A DNA stretch of 52,807 nt from Candidatus Cloacimonadota bacterium (GCA_020532215.1 JAJBBF010000043.1:1-52807); one strand, 5' to 3'; positions 1-9,541 are shown, numbered from the stretch's first letter. The notes: generated by a model not told the origin, from the letters alone. Translations and numbers: made by a program.

Positions 1-277
1 CCCCGGAATGACACAGCCGGGTGGCGTAGTGGCGCCAGACAGAAGCCGCAGGCGTCCTCGCCTGCGAAGCTTCGCAGAAGCTTGTCTTTTGGTTCTGAAA
101 GCCCCTGCGGGCCTTGGCAGACAGGGACGTCTGCCACTCCGGTTCTGGCGCAGGGGACGTCTGCCACTCCACTGCCTCATCCGTCGCGATTTTTTCCCGC
201 AGGATCGGAATCCTGCGCTACGTGATACCCCTGACGCATACGCAGGATCGGCATCCTGCGCTACGCGGGCTCCACCC
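1..277. repeat. Cluster of REP-like palindromes (GTAG-, GGAG/GAAG- and GTCAT-tagged)
   Basis: cgcaggatcgg(a/c)atcctgcgctac at 198-221 and 241-264 (reverse complement GTAG + CGCAGGAT..ATCCTGCG hairpin); tggcagacagggacgtctgccactcc at 115-140 with a degenerate copy at ~146-170; gaagccgcaggcgtcctcgcctgcg at 42-66. The first two families recur at 18710-18911. Confidence 0.8.
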
Positions 278-377
278 AGGAGAAGAGCCGCCCGGTTTGG
301 ATCCGGGTTTTCAGCCAGGCGCAGAGGCAGGTATCCTCCTGGTTGGCGGGGCGGAAGAAGCGCCAGAGCTGGGTCAT
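261..377 (-). pseudogene. Possible short gene remnant (MTQLWRFFRPANQED...RLFSW) running into the REP cluster
   Basis: Short frame with coding-like G/C third positions that ends inside a REP; no family recognised. Confidence 0.2.
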
Positions 378-466
378 GAGGCTGTGGTGGGTCCCGGTGC
401 GGTTTGCGGGGATTTGTCCTTGAATTACACGAATTGGGGTTCTAACACAGAGACGGGGATCAGCGC

Positions 467-1180
467 TTATCCAGCCATCCATTGATCCACCAGGCGGGGG
501 AGGATCTCGCCTGCCGGGCCTTGGTGGAATTCGTCGATGAGGTGGTTTCTTTCGGTGGGATTGAGGTTCACCGCGATGGTTTTGGCTCCGAGATAGCGGG
601 CGGTCATCACAAATCCGGCGGCGGGATAGACCACGCCGCTGGTGCCGATCACCAAAAAGACGTCGCAGCTGTGCAGCAGCTGATCGATCTCCTCCATGCG
701 GTGGGGGAATTCCCCAAACCAAACAATGTCCGGACGGAGAACGCCAGGGCATTTGGGGCAGGAAGGGAGGTCGGATCCGGGATCTACTTCCCGCATGGGG
801 AAGCGGGCTCCACAGCAGGTGCAAAGGCAGTAGGCCAGGCTTCCGTGCATTTCGATCACCCTAGTGTTTCCGGCCGCGGAGTGGAGGCCATCCACGTTTT
901 GGGTGATGAGGCTGAAATTTCCGCCCAGCCAGGTTTCGAGCCTGGCCAGAGCCAGGTGTCCTGGATTGGGCACCGCCTGTTCCGCCTGTTCGCGGCGGCG
1001 TTGGTAGAAGCGCCAGACCAGCCGGGGATCGCGGGCGAAGGCCTCGGGGGTGCACACATCCTCGAGGGAGTGGTTTTCCCAGAGGCCTCCGCTGTCGCGA
1101 AAGGTCTTGAGGCCGGATTCCGCGCTGATGCCGGCTCCGGTGAGGACAAGCAGCCTGGTATCCGGGGTTACTTTGATCAT
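467..1180 (-). CDS. cobB: NAD-dependent protein deacylase (Sir2 family, class III)
   Basis: GAGISAESG, TQNVDGLH, HGS, two Cys pairs (CTCC/CPKC), RPDIVWFGE and GTSGVVYPAA; the YxxR in WRFYQRRR is typical of desuccinylases. Confidence 0.95.
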   Translation of the reverse strand: MIKVTPDTRLLVLTGAGISAESGLKTFRDSGGLWENHSLEDVCTPEAFARDPRLVWRFYQRRREQAEQAVPNPGHLALARLETWLGGNFSLITQNVDGLHSAAGNTRVIEMHGSLAYCLCTCCGARFPMREVDPGSDLPSCPKCPGVLRPDIVWFGEFPHRMEEIDQLLHSCDVFLVIGTSGVVYPAAGFVMTARYLGAKTIAVNLNPTERNHLIDEFHQGPAGEILPRLVDQWMAG

Positions 1181-4100
1181 TTCATCAGCATCATCTTGCG
1201 GGTGAGGTCACGCTCGCCATTGTTGAGGCGATAGAGGTAAACTCCGCTGGAAACTGGATTGCCCCGGTCGTCCCGGCCGTTCCAGACAGCGCTGTGGGCT
1301 CCCGCGGGGAGCTCTGAATCCACCAGGCAGCGGACTTTCTGCCCGCGGAGGTTGAAAACGTCCAGACGGACAGGCGCGGCCGCGGGAAGTTCGAAGCGGA
1401 TGGTGGTGGTGGGATTGAAGGGGTTGGGATAGTTGCCAAAGAGCTCGAAGCTGAGGGTTTGGACCAGGTCATCGGCGGAGCTGAAATCGCTTTCCACAAA
1501 GACGTCGTCAATATACCAGCCTTCGCCGCCCACATAGCCGTCGGATCCGAAGACAAAGCGGAAGCGGGCCAGTCCGCTGAAACTGGAGATATCGAACTCG
1601 GCCTGGGTCCAGTCGAAGCTGCCGGAATAGACGTTGGTGTTGGCCGTGAAGGGGGAGGCGGCGTTGTTGTAGATGCTGTAGGGATAGCCACCCACGGGGG
1701 TGATCTGGAGCCACGGCCCGCCGTCCACGGAAATCTCCACCAGTCCTCCATCCCAGGCGTAGATCGGGTTGCTGTGGGTTTCGGCGTCCATCCAGTGGTG
1801 GAAATAGAGGCGTCCGTTTTCGCCCAGGGGGATGTCCGGGCTTTCCAGGGCGCCATAAGCTGCTCCGGAATATTCCGCCGCGCCGGGGCCTCCGAACTTC
1901 ATCGACCAGGCTCCGCCCGGGGTGTTGTTGCGGTGGCTTTCGCGGTGCCATTGGTTCACGAAATTGGCCAGGGGCGCTTCGCTGTTCCAGCCATTGGAGT
2001 CGTTTTCATAGGTATATTGCTGGTTTCCGATGTAGAGCACGAAGTTCCCCTCCAGGGTGTTGCCGTTTTCCGCGCCGATCATGTAGCCGATGGATACGGA
2101 ACTGCCGATGGGGGCGTCGGGCGAGACCTCGAGGCTGAAGATGCTTTCATAAAGGGTGAAGCTGTCCGGGCCGATGGGTGTGAGGACGGCCTCGAAGTTG
2201 GAAAGGGTGGCGTTGGGGTCGTCGCAAAAGATGATCAGGAGGGGGTTGTAAGCGTGGCCGGAGCCGCTGTTGCTCACGATCATGTTCAGGGCGGGGTTGT
2301 CGCCAGGCAGGATCTGGGGGTTGGCGTTTACGAATTCATAAGTGTCCAGATGCAGCTCGGGGGAGTTCAGGATGAGGGCGGCCGGGGTGGTTGAGGTGTA
2401 GGAATCAAAGAGGGCCACGAAGTTCATGTAGGCGATCTCGTGATCGGGGAAATTGCCCTGGATCCTGATCTGGAAAAAGCCGTTGATACAGGTGGAATCG
2501 GCGGCGGTGAGGGCGTCGAAGCCGTAGGAACTGCTGAGGACGTGGATATTGGGGGAATTGCTCACGAGGTTCAGGGTTCCAGGTTCGGTCTGATCCACCA
2601 GGCCCACGTTCTTGATGGTCACGTTCAGGCCGATGACCTCGCCGGTGTGGTGGAGGCCGTCGCCATCGAGGAATTCCACCTGGGAGGCCACGATGTAGGG
2701 CTGGTTGCTGGCCTGGACAGTGATCACGGCGTGGTAGGCGATGAAATCGGCGGCAACGATGCTGATCTCAAAATCGCCGGGAGTGAGGCTGGCGGCGAGG
2801 TTAATTCCGATAAGCCCGGTGGCGTCGGCAGTGGCTTCGCAGAGGATGTCGTTTCCGCTTTTCAGCCTCAGGGTGGCACCCGGGGCGTTTGTCTGCACCT
2901 GGTAAGAGTTGAGGCCAACGGTCCAGTAAGCTGGCAGCTGAACGGTCATTTGCTGCGGTGTGTCCGCCCAGACCATCAGGCCGGGATCGCCGATCAGATT
3001 GGTTTCGTAGGTTACCCAATACATCACGGGGGAGTTCTGGATAAAGGGTATGTTGTCGATCTTGCTGTCGGTCAAGGTGAAGCCGAGTTCGCGGATGTCC
3101 TCGCCGAAAATGGCGTCGATGTATTGGCGGTGGATCTTTTGGGAAGCGCCGTCGGTGGAACCCTGCATACCCCAACCGTAGCGGGAATGGGCGATCATGG
3201 CGACGGCGGCGGTGGAGATGCTGGTGAATTTTTCGGTGATGCAGTCGGTGGTATAGTCACCGGGGTTGGTGTCGCGGTTGTCGAAGGAGCCCGAATAGCA
3301 GCCCTGGGTGAAGACCACGGAAAGGTTGTGGTTGATGCCGTCGTTGGTGATGCTGGTGGGGGTCACGGAGTTGTTGGTCATGCGCATGGTATAGGTGGTG
3401 GCGGAGTGGCCAAGGTGGTTCACCAGGCTCGGGCCGTTGCTCAGCAGGGGCCTCAGCTGGCTTCCGGTCCAGGAATCGGCGGCTCCGTAGGTGCGGTCGT
3501 ACATGGTGCTGATGTTCCAATCCGCGGGAACCCCAACGGTTGTGTAGCCGTGGGCGGAGCTGCCTCCGATCATCTCGTCCATGTAATCTCCGCCCCAGGT
3601 GGGGCCGTCCCAGAGCCATTCACCCACGAAGAGGGCGGAGGTGGCTTCGTCCACCACAGGATCGTTCAGATAAAGCTGGGTCTTGCTGATGAAGTTGGCG
3701 ATCTCGGCGTCGGAATTATAGCAAAAGCGCCCGATGGAGAGTTCCGGCACGAGGTCGGTTTCCATGTGCTCGCCCCAGTAGTTGTCGCCATCGTTGTTCC
3801 AAGTGCCGTCCAGGCAGCTGTAATACATGTCCGCGGGGATATCGGCGTCCACCTGGCTGCCTCCGCCCATGTTCACATAGAAACCGCGGTGGGGGATCAC
3901 GTCCGTGTCGCCGGCCAGCAGAACGTGGCGCAGGGGATCGGTGGCGTACAGGCTGATGATGTAGTTGCGGATCTTTTCCTGGGTGTCGTCGCCATCGGTT
4001 TGGGCGATGATATCCTGAACGGTTTTCAGCAGTACGTTCTGGCCGCGCAGCTGATAAAAGGTCTGAAAGGGCTGCCACTGCGCCAGCTTGGCCTCATCAT

Positions 4101-4752
4101 AGATCACCAGGTAGTCCCAGCCGGTGTTGCGGCTGTCATAGCGGGGGATCTGGGCGGCGTTGTCCACGGTTTTCAGCAGGTAGGAACGGGTGGCGGCATC
4201 CTGCTTCAGAAACTGCAGTGAAGCCGCGGCCCGGGCGCTGGGGGCGCTTTCCACGCGGACGCTGACCTGGCGGTAGAAAGTGAGCTCGTTGGCCAGGGGA
4301 TCGTAGCTGAAGGGGCAGACAGCGCTGAAATTGATGGGATGGCCGGCCAGGAAATGGGTGTTCAGGCCGTTGTGGGCGGTGTTCGGATAGGTGCCAGCGC
4401 TGAGATAAACCGCGGGATCAGGCCCAACCCGGGGGTGGATTTCCAGGCTGGAAAGAGGGTATTGCGGCTGCAGCGGCGCCACGGGGCGGTCCAGCTCAAT
4501 GGACTGGGGTGAACTCAGCTCCACCTGGATGTCCACCGCTTCCTCGCCGGTGGGCAGCAGGATCTGGGTGCCGAACCAGGGAAGGTCCGGGCTGCCGGGA
4601 GTGCCCCAGCTTTGCGCTCCGCTGAGCTTTATCAGGGTGTATTCTCCCGCAGCTTTGAGCTCAGGTACGTCCAAGGTATAAGAATAAACAACATCGGCGG
4701 CCAAGGCCGCAAGGCCCGCCACCAGGATCAGGGTCAAAAGTAGATTTTTCAT
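1177..4752 (-). CDS. Secreted C25-family (gingipain-like) cysteine peptidase with propeptide, Ig/beta-sandwich domains and FlgD-Ig/T9SS-like C-terminal domain
   Basis: Signal peptide MKNLLLTLILVAGLAALAA (ATG at 4752); propeptide PGSPDLP; LLAGD, catalytic-region NHLGH and TQGCYSG; C-terminus NYPNPFNPTTTIRF...SGVYLYRL...RKMMLMK. Confidence 0.9.
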   Translation of the reverse strand: MKNLLLTLILVAGLAALAADVVYSYTLDVPELKAAGEYTLIKLSGAQSWGTPGSPDLPWFGTQILLPTGEEAVDIQVELSSPQSIELDRPVAPLQPQYPLSSLEIHPRVGPDPAVYLSAGTYPNTAHNGLNTHFLAGHPINFSAVCPFSYDPLANELTFYRQVSVRVESAPSARAAASLQFLKQDAATRSYLLKTVDNAAQIPRYDSRNTGWDYLVIYDEAKLAQWQPFQTFYQLRGQNVLLKTVQDIIAQTDGDDTQEKIRNYIISLYATDPLRHVLLAGDTDVIPHRGFYVNMGGGSQVDADIPADMYYSCLDGTWNNDGDNYWGEHMETDLVPELSIGRFCYNSDAEIANFISKTQLYLNDPVVDEATSALFVGEWLWDGPTWGGDYMDEMIGGSSAHGYTTVGVPADWNISTMYDRTYGAADSWTGSQLRPLLSNGPSLVNHLGHSATTYTMRMTNNSVTPTSITNDGINHNLSVVFTQGCYSGSFDNRDTNPGDYTTDCITEKFTSISTAAVAMIAHSRYGWGMQGSTDGASQKIHRQYIDAIFGEDIRELGFTLTDSKIDNIPFIQNSPVMYWVTYETNLIGDPGLMVWADTPQQMTVQLPAYWTVGLNSYQVQTNAPGATLRLKSGNDILCEATADATGLIGINLAASLTPGDFEISIVAADFIAYHAVITVQASNQPYIVASQVEFLDGDGLHHTGEVIGLNVTIKNVGLVDQTEPGTLNLVSNSPNIHVLSSSYGFDALTAADSTCINGFFQIRIQGNFPDHEIAYMNFVALFDSYTSTTPAALILNSPELHLDTYEFVNANPQILPGDNPALNMIVSNSGSGHAYNPLLIIFCDDPNATLSNFEAVLTPIGPDSFTLYESIFSLEVSPDAPIGSSVSIGYMIGAENGNTLEGNFVLYIGNQQYTYENDSNGWNSEAPLANFVNQWHRESHRNNTPGGAWSMKFGGPGAAEYSGAAYGALESPDIPLGENGRLYFHHWMDAETHSNPIYAWDGGLVEISVDGGPWLQITPVGGYPYSIYNNAASPFTANTNVYSGSFDWTQAEFDISSFSGLARFRFVFGSDGYVGGEGWYIDDVFVESDFSSADDLVQTLSFELFGNYPNPFNPTTTIRFELPAAAPVRLDVFNLRGQKVRCLVDSELPAGAHSAVWNGRDDRGNPVSSGVYLYRLNNGERDLTRKMMLMK

Positions 4753-4862
4753 ATCCGCCAACTTTCTCAGATTATTTTGCTATAGGAAGTATGCAAGGGC
4801 CATTCCAAAATCCGAACTATCTGGATCCAGCCGCTGGGCTGACTGGAGGCCGAAAATTCTGC

Positions 4863-4892
4863 TTGACTCCTCAAGTGTGATGAATATAAAGG
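4863..4892 (+). promoter_or_regulatory. Sigma70-like promoter
   Basis: TTGACT-N16-TATAAA-GG, 30 bp upstream of the ATG at 4921; GGAGG RBS present. Confidence 0.6.
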
Positions 4893-4920
4893 AACAAAAT
4901 ACATTTTCCCGGGAGGAAAA

Positions 4921-5367
4921 ATGGCCGTTAACAAGAAACAAAAGACCGCCATCGGAGGCGTTGTCGCCGCCCTGCTGATCGCGGTATTGGGCTATTTTGG
5001 CATCAACGGATTCGGCACCCCAAACCAGTTCACCTCGCCCAACGGGCAGCTCCTGACCACCGAAAACCTGCTCAGCAACATCAGCGGACAGAACCAGACC
5101 GTCTATGTGACCAAGACTGGCGAAAAATACCATCTGGAAGGTTGCCGCCACCTCCGGTTCCGTTCCAAGATCCCGATCGCGGTCGCCACCGCCATCGAGG
5201 AAGGCTATGAGCCCTGCAAGACCTGCAAACCGGATGAACAGATAAACTATACACCCCAACCAAGCTATCCCGAGACCTCCTATCCCCAGCCGACCACGAC
5301 CACTCCGGACGATACCCCAGGCACTCAGCGGAGAACTCCGGAGCCGATCGTTGACGATCCCGATTGA
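4921..5367 (+). CDS. Membrane-anchored protein with a small Ada-like Zn-binding domain and Pro/Thr-rich tail
   Basis: N-terminal TM helix; the motif VYVTKTGEKYHLEGC...GYEPCKTCKP is commonly appended to thermonuclease and competence proteins; GGAGG RBS. Confidence 0.7.
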   Translation: MAVNKKQKTAIGGVVAALLIAVLGYFGINGFGTPNQFTSPNGQLLTTENLLSNISGQNQTVYVTKTGEKYHLEGCRHLRFRSKIPIAVATAIEEGYEPCKTCKPDEQINYTPQPSYPETSYPQPTTTTPDDTPGTQRRTPEPIVDDPD

Positions 5368-5394
5368 GGCTTGGCAACTGGCTGAAGCATTACC

Positions 5395-5424
5395 CCGGGG
5401 CTGGGAGATCGGCCCCGGTTTTTT
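5395..5424 (+). terminator. Intrinsic terminator
   Basis: ccggggctg/cggccccgg stem followed by T6. Confidence 0.7.
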
Positions 5425-5485
5425 ATCTGCTCAGGTCAGTGGCTTTTATTCCACATCCGGCACCCCGGATCCGCCCACTTTTAGG

Positions 5486-5516
5486 TTGACAGCGTTGCGG
5501 ACAGGAGCAAGCTTGG
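5486..5516 (+). promoter_or_regulatory. Putative promoter
   Basis: TTGACA-N17-AAGCTT-GG upstream of 5542. Confidence 0.5.
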
Positions 5517-5541
5517 CAATGAAGGGTTCAGGAAGTGAACG

Positions 5542-6576
5542 ATGAAAAGACAAATATACGTAGTCACCGGCGCGGCCGGGCACCTGGGCAGTTATGTTGT
5601 GAGAGAACTGCTGGCCGGGGGCCATGAGGTGCGCGCTTTCGTGCTGCCCTGGGAGAAGATCCCCTCTTATGTGGATGACAACCGTCAACTACTGACCCGT
5701 TACGCGGGTGACGTGCGCTATCCCCAGACCCTGGAGCAGCTTTTTGTTGCTGAGGGCGAAGCGGAATTCACAGTGATCCACTGCGCCGGGATCATCGGCA
5801 TCAGCCTGGGCAAGGACCGGCGTCTGCTGGAAGTTAACGTTGGGGGCACGGCCAACGTGATCACCGCCTGCCAAAAGAACCGGGTGCGCAGATTGGTTTA
5901 CGTGAGTTCCGTGCATGCGATCCCTTTGCTACCGCGGGGGCAGGTGATGCGTGAGGTGTCCTTTTTTTCTCCGCAGAAAGTGATCGGCTACTACGCCAAA
6001 ACCAAAGCCATGGCAACGCAAAAGGTATTGGACGCAAGCAAAGCGGGCTTGGACGCCCTGGTGGTGCATCCATCCGGGATAATCGGGCCGAACGCCCAGC
6101 CCACGGGCAACATGGCCCAAATGATCTCCGCTTTTCTGAAGGGGCGTTTCCGGGCTGTGATCAAGGGGGGTTATGATTTCGTGGATGTCCGCGATGTGGC
6201 TTCCGGCATCGTGGCGGCGGCTGAAAAGGGCAAAAGCGGCGAGTGTTATATCCTTTCCAACCGCGTGATCGATCTGAACGAACTGCTGGGCGGGCTGGCG
6301 GAATGCAGCGGCAGGCCCAAACCCCGCATCCTGCTTCCGCTCTGGCTGGCCAAGGCGGTGGCGCCCGGCGCGGAGCTTTACTACAAGCTCGCCCGCAAGG
6401 CCCCGTTCTTCACGCTGTATTCGCTGCACACCATCTCCAACAACAGCCTGTACTCAAACAGCAAAGCGGCCTCCGAACTCGCTTTCAGGACCAGGTCTTT
6501 GCGGGAAACCTTGATCGACATCGTGAAGACCTTCAATCCCAAGCCGGGGAGGAAAAAAAGCCGCAGGAAAAGCTGA
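5542..6576 (+). CDS. NAD-dependent epimerase/dehydratase (dihydroflavonol-reductase-like extended SDR)
   Basis: TGAAGHLG Rossmann motif, HCAG, VSSVHA and YAKTK (YxxxK). Confidence 0.88.
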   Translation: MKRQIYVVTGAAGHLGSYVVRELLAGGHEVRAFVLPWEKIPSYVDDNRQLLTRYAGDVRYPQTLEQLFVAEGEAEFTVIHCAGIIGISLGKDRRLLEVNVGGTANVITACQKNRVRRLVYVSSVHAIPLLPRGQVMREVSFFSPQKVIGYYAKTKAMATQKVLDASKAGLDALVVHPSGIIGPNAQPTGNMAQMISAFLKGRFRAVIKGGYDFVDVRDVASGIVAAAEKGKSGECYILSNRVIDLNELLGGLAECSGRPKPRILLPLWLAKAVAPGAELYYKLARKAPFFTLYSLHTISNNSLYSNSKAASELAFRTRSLRETLIDIVKTFNPKPGRKKSRRKS

Positions 6577-6593
6577 TCCCCGGGATTATGGTC

Positions 6594-6620
6594 CACGAAT
6601 TACACGAATTGACACGAATT
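6594..6620. repeat. Triple CACGAATT iteration
   Basis: cacgaatt at 6594, 6603 and 6613; related tgaattacacgaattg at 421-436. Confidence 0.65.
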
Positions 6621-6677
6621 GTTGGGTTTGGGTATGGCTTTTCCCCAGTTCTCAGGAATCTCTCGTTAACAAAAGCC

Positions 6678-6707
6678 TTGACGTTTTAAGGGCGGTCAGA
6701 TGTTTGG
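6678..6707 (+). promoter_or_regulatory. Putative secDF promoter
   Basis: TTGACG-N16-ATGTTT-GG, about 120 bp upstream of secD. Confidence 0.45.
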
Positions 6708-6824
6708 TTTAAATCCATGCAAACATGGACAAGCGTGGCTACAGCCCTGTGGTTGAGCTAACCGCGAAGGGTATCCCGACGCGCGCGAAACAAGAAATTT
6801 AATTGAATTAGGGAGCATAGATCA

Positions 6825-8429
6825 ATGAAAAAGTACTCCTGGTTGACACCTGTATCCATACTGATCTTTGTATTGGTTACACTGGCCTTCCTGTCTCCGC
6901 TGCTGATCCCGGAAGGCGGCAGCTGGCCGATCAAGCAGAGGCTGAACCTCGGTTTGGACCTCAAGGGCGGCACCCAGATCGTTCTGGGTGTGAACACAGA
7001 TGAACTGCCCGAAGCTGACCGTCTGGACGCAGTGAAGAACAACATCGAGATCATCCGCAACCGCATCGACCAGTTCGGAGTTGCCGAGCCCACCATCCAG
7101 AGGATCGGCGAGAACAAGATCCTGGTCCAGTTGCCCGGCGAAGATGACCAGATGGAAGCGGAAAAACTGGTAACCCAATCGGCCGTTCTGGAGTTTCGCC
7201 TTGTGGCCAAGCCCGACGACGCGGAAAGGTTCCTAGACCTGCTGGACGGCATCACGCAAGCGAACTTGGGCAGCATCCCGGTTTTGGCCAAGCTGGACGC
7301 CGAAGACAGGGAACTGGACGGCCCGGACGCCGCCACCGCCGACAGCACGGAAGCCGAGCCTAAATCCGGCATCTTCAAATCCCTGATCACCACCTCGGAA
7401 CGGGATTACGTGGTGCGTTACGACGATCTGGAAACCATGCGCGCTCTGCTGGCGGACAGCACTTTCATCCGCCTCAAGCCCAAAGGCTACGACCTCCTGC
7501 TGGAGAGCGTGGATGAGGAAAAGCGCCTGGCCCAGGAGCCTTCCGTGATCTACGTGCTCAAATCCGCCGCTGAAGTGAAAGGCACGGATGTGGACGGGGC
7601 CAGCATGGAGATCGGCTCCACAGACAGCTCCAATCCCCAAATGGCCGGCAAGCCTTATATCGCCCTCAATTTCACCCGCCAGGGCGCTCGCAGGTTCGCA
7701 AACGTAACCGGCGACAACACGGGCGAACGCTTGGCCATAGTGGTTGACAACACAGTTTATTCCGCCCCCGTGATCCAGGACCGGATCCCGGACGGCAAAG
7801 CCACTATCACCGGCATTTTCTCCACCGAGGAAGCCCGATCACTGGCCATCCTGCTGAACAACAAGAGCCTCAGCGCGCCGATCGAGCCCCAGTATTCCCA
7901 AAAGGTATCCGCCACCCTCGGCTCGGACAGCGTGAAAAGCGGCCTTATGGCCGGCCTCATCGGCATCATCGCCGTGGCCATCTTTATGCTGGTCTATTAC
8001 AAACTCTGCGGCCTGGTCGCGGATTTTGTGCTGATCTTCAACGTCGGTTTCATCCTGGCGATGCTCACGGCTTTCGGCGGAACCCTCACCCTGCCCGGCA
8101 TTGCCGGCATCATCCTCACCATTGGCATGGCGGTGGACGCCAACGTGCTGATCTTTGAACGCATCCGCGAGGAACTGGACGCAGGCAAGACCCCGCGCTC
8201 AGCCACGGACGCCGGTTTCAAGCGCGCCTCCGTTACCATCTGGGACGCCAACCTCACCACTCTCATCGCGGCCTTTGTGCTCTATCAATTCGGCACCGGC
8301 GCCATCCGCGGTTTCGCCCTCACCCTCACCATCGGCATCGTTGGCTCCATTTTCAGCGCGATTGTTTTTGTGCGCTTTATCATGGATAAGACGATGCTCA
8401 CCGGCAACCGCAAGAACCTGAGCATTTGA
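6825..8429 (+). CDS. secD: Protein translocase subunit SecD
   Basis: LGLDLKGG, RIDQFGVAEPTIQ, ATLGSDSV, LTLPGIAGIILTIGMAVDANVLIFERIREE. Confidence 0.97.
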   Translation: MKKYSWLTPVSILIFVLVTLAFLSPLLIPEGGSWPIKQRLNLGLDLKGGTQIVLGVNTDELPEADRLDAVKNNIEIIRNRIDQFGVAEPTIQRIGENKILVQLPGEDDQMEAEKLVTQSAVLEFRLVAKPDDAERFLDLLDGITQANLGSIPVLAKLDAEDRELDGPDAATADSTEAEPKSGIFKSLITTSERDYVVRYDDLETMRALLADSTFIRLKPKGYDLLLESVDEEKRLAQEPSVIYVLKSAAEVKGTDVDGASMEIGSTDSSNPQMAGKPYIALNFTRQGARRFANVTGDNTGERLAIVVDNTVYSAPVIQDRIPDGKATITGIFSTEEARSLAILLNNKSLSAPIEPQYSQKVSATLGSDSVKSGLMAGLIGIIAVAIFMLVYYKLCGLVADFVLIFNVGFILAMLTAFGGTLTLPGIAGIILTIGMAVDANVLIFERIREELDAGKTPRSATDAGFKRASVTIWDANLTTLIAAFVLYQFGTGAIRGFALTLTIGIVGSIFSAIVFVRFIMDKTMLTGNRKNLSI

Positions 8430-8439
8430 GGAGAGAAAG

Positions 8440-9402
8440 ATGAGACTGTTTAAAAACACCAACGTACCTTTCGTCCAGAACCGTAAAATCTTCTTCATCC
8501 TGTCCGCCATCCTGGTGATCGCCGCCATCGTGGGGATCTTTGTGAGAGGGTTCAACTGGAGCACTGATTTCAAGGGCGGCGTAACCGTGATCGTGAACAT
8601 GAAGCCCGAATCCGCCAATGTGCCGGCCCTCAACATCGACGAACTGCGCCGGGTGATCAACGAGGGCGGATTCACGGCAGCCGAGATCCAATACATCGGC
8701 GACCGCGAAGACGATACTTTCCAGATCAAGGTGGCCGGAAGCGATGCCACCGCTATCAAGGACAAGATCCTGGAAGTAATCTCCACCCAACTGGGTGCCT
8801 ATACCGAAGGCCGGAACCTGCAGAAGGACGTGATCCGCGAATTCAACACCGTGGGCGCTAAAGCCGGCTTGGAAATGCGCAACAACGCCATCCTGGCCGT
8901 GGCTCTGGCCCTGCTGCTGATGATCATCTACATCTGGATTCGCTTTGAGTTCACCTTCGGCTTGATGGCGATCGTGGCTCTTTTCCACGACGTGATAATC
9001 ATCGTGGGTATCTTCAGCTGGACCGGCAAGGAGATCACGATGAGCATCGTGGCGGCCCTGCTGACCATCGTGGGTTATTCGATCAACGATACGATCGTGA
9101 TCTTCGACCGCATCCGCGAGGACCTGAAGATCTACCGCAAGGACCCCGTGCAGGTGATCTTCAACCGCTCCATGAACGAGACCCTCAGCCGCACCATCAT
9201 CACCGCCGGCACCACCCTCTTTACAGCCCTGGCCCTCTATTTCTTCGGCGGCCCCGTGATCCACGATTTCGCCTTTGCCATGAGCCTGGGCATCATCTTC
9301 GGCACCTATTCCTCGATCTTTGTGGCCAGCAACCTGGTGCTGGACACCATCAAGGCCACCCATCAGGAAAAGCAATCCATCAAGAAACTCACCAAGAAAT
9401 AG
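8440..9402 (+). CDS. secF: Protein translocase subunit SecF
   Basis: DFKGG, ALFHDV, GYSINDTIVIFDRIRE, ETLSRTIIT, GTYSSIFVA; directly follows secD. Confidence 0.97.
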   Translation: MRLFKNTNVPFVQNRKIFFILSAILVIAAIVGIFVRGFNWSTDFKGGVTVIVNMKPESANVPALNIDELRRVINEGGFTAAEIQYIGDREDDTFQIKVAGSDATAIKDKILEVISTQLGAYTEGRNLQKDVIREFNTVGAKAGLEMRNNAILAVALALLLMIIYIWIRFEFTFGLMAIVALFHDVIIIVGIFSWTGKEITMSIVAALLTIVGYSINDTIVIFDRIREDLKIYRKDPVQVIFNRSMNETLSRTIITAGTTLFTALALYFFGGPVIHDFAFAMSLGIIFGTYSSIFVASNLVLDTIKATHQEKQSIKKLTKK

Positions 9403-9426
9403 GGATTCACCCCAGCCGCAATATAG

Positions 9427-9455
9427 AAAAAGCCGCCTGCTTCGGGCGGCTTTTC
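9427..9455 (+). terminator. Intrinsic terminator (A-tract, hairpin, T-tract; possibly bidirectional)
   Basis: aaaaagccgcc-tgcttcg-ggcggctttt after secF. Confidence 0.8.
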
Positions 9456-9511
9456 TCATGGGAAAAAAGCGGTTCCGGCAAGTAAGGCCGGCTGCTGGCA
9501 GAAAATTTGCA

Positions 9512-9541
9512 TTGACAGCAGGGCGAGGGTATTCAGCTTGG
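9512..9541 (+). promoter_or_regulatory. Putative promoter
   Basis: TTGACA-N16-CAGCTT-GG upstream of 9569. Confidence 0.5.

Noticed and set aside
4269-4276. GGCGGTAG ops-like octamer
   Set aside because: It lies on the non-coding strand of the C25 gene, 46 kb from the NusG paralog; expected by chance at this GC content.
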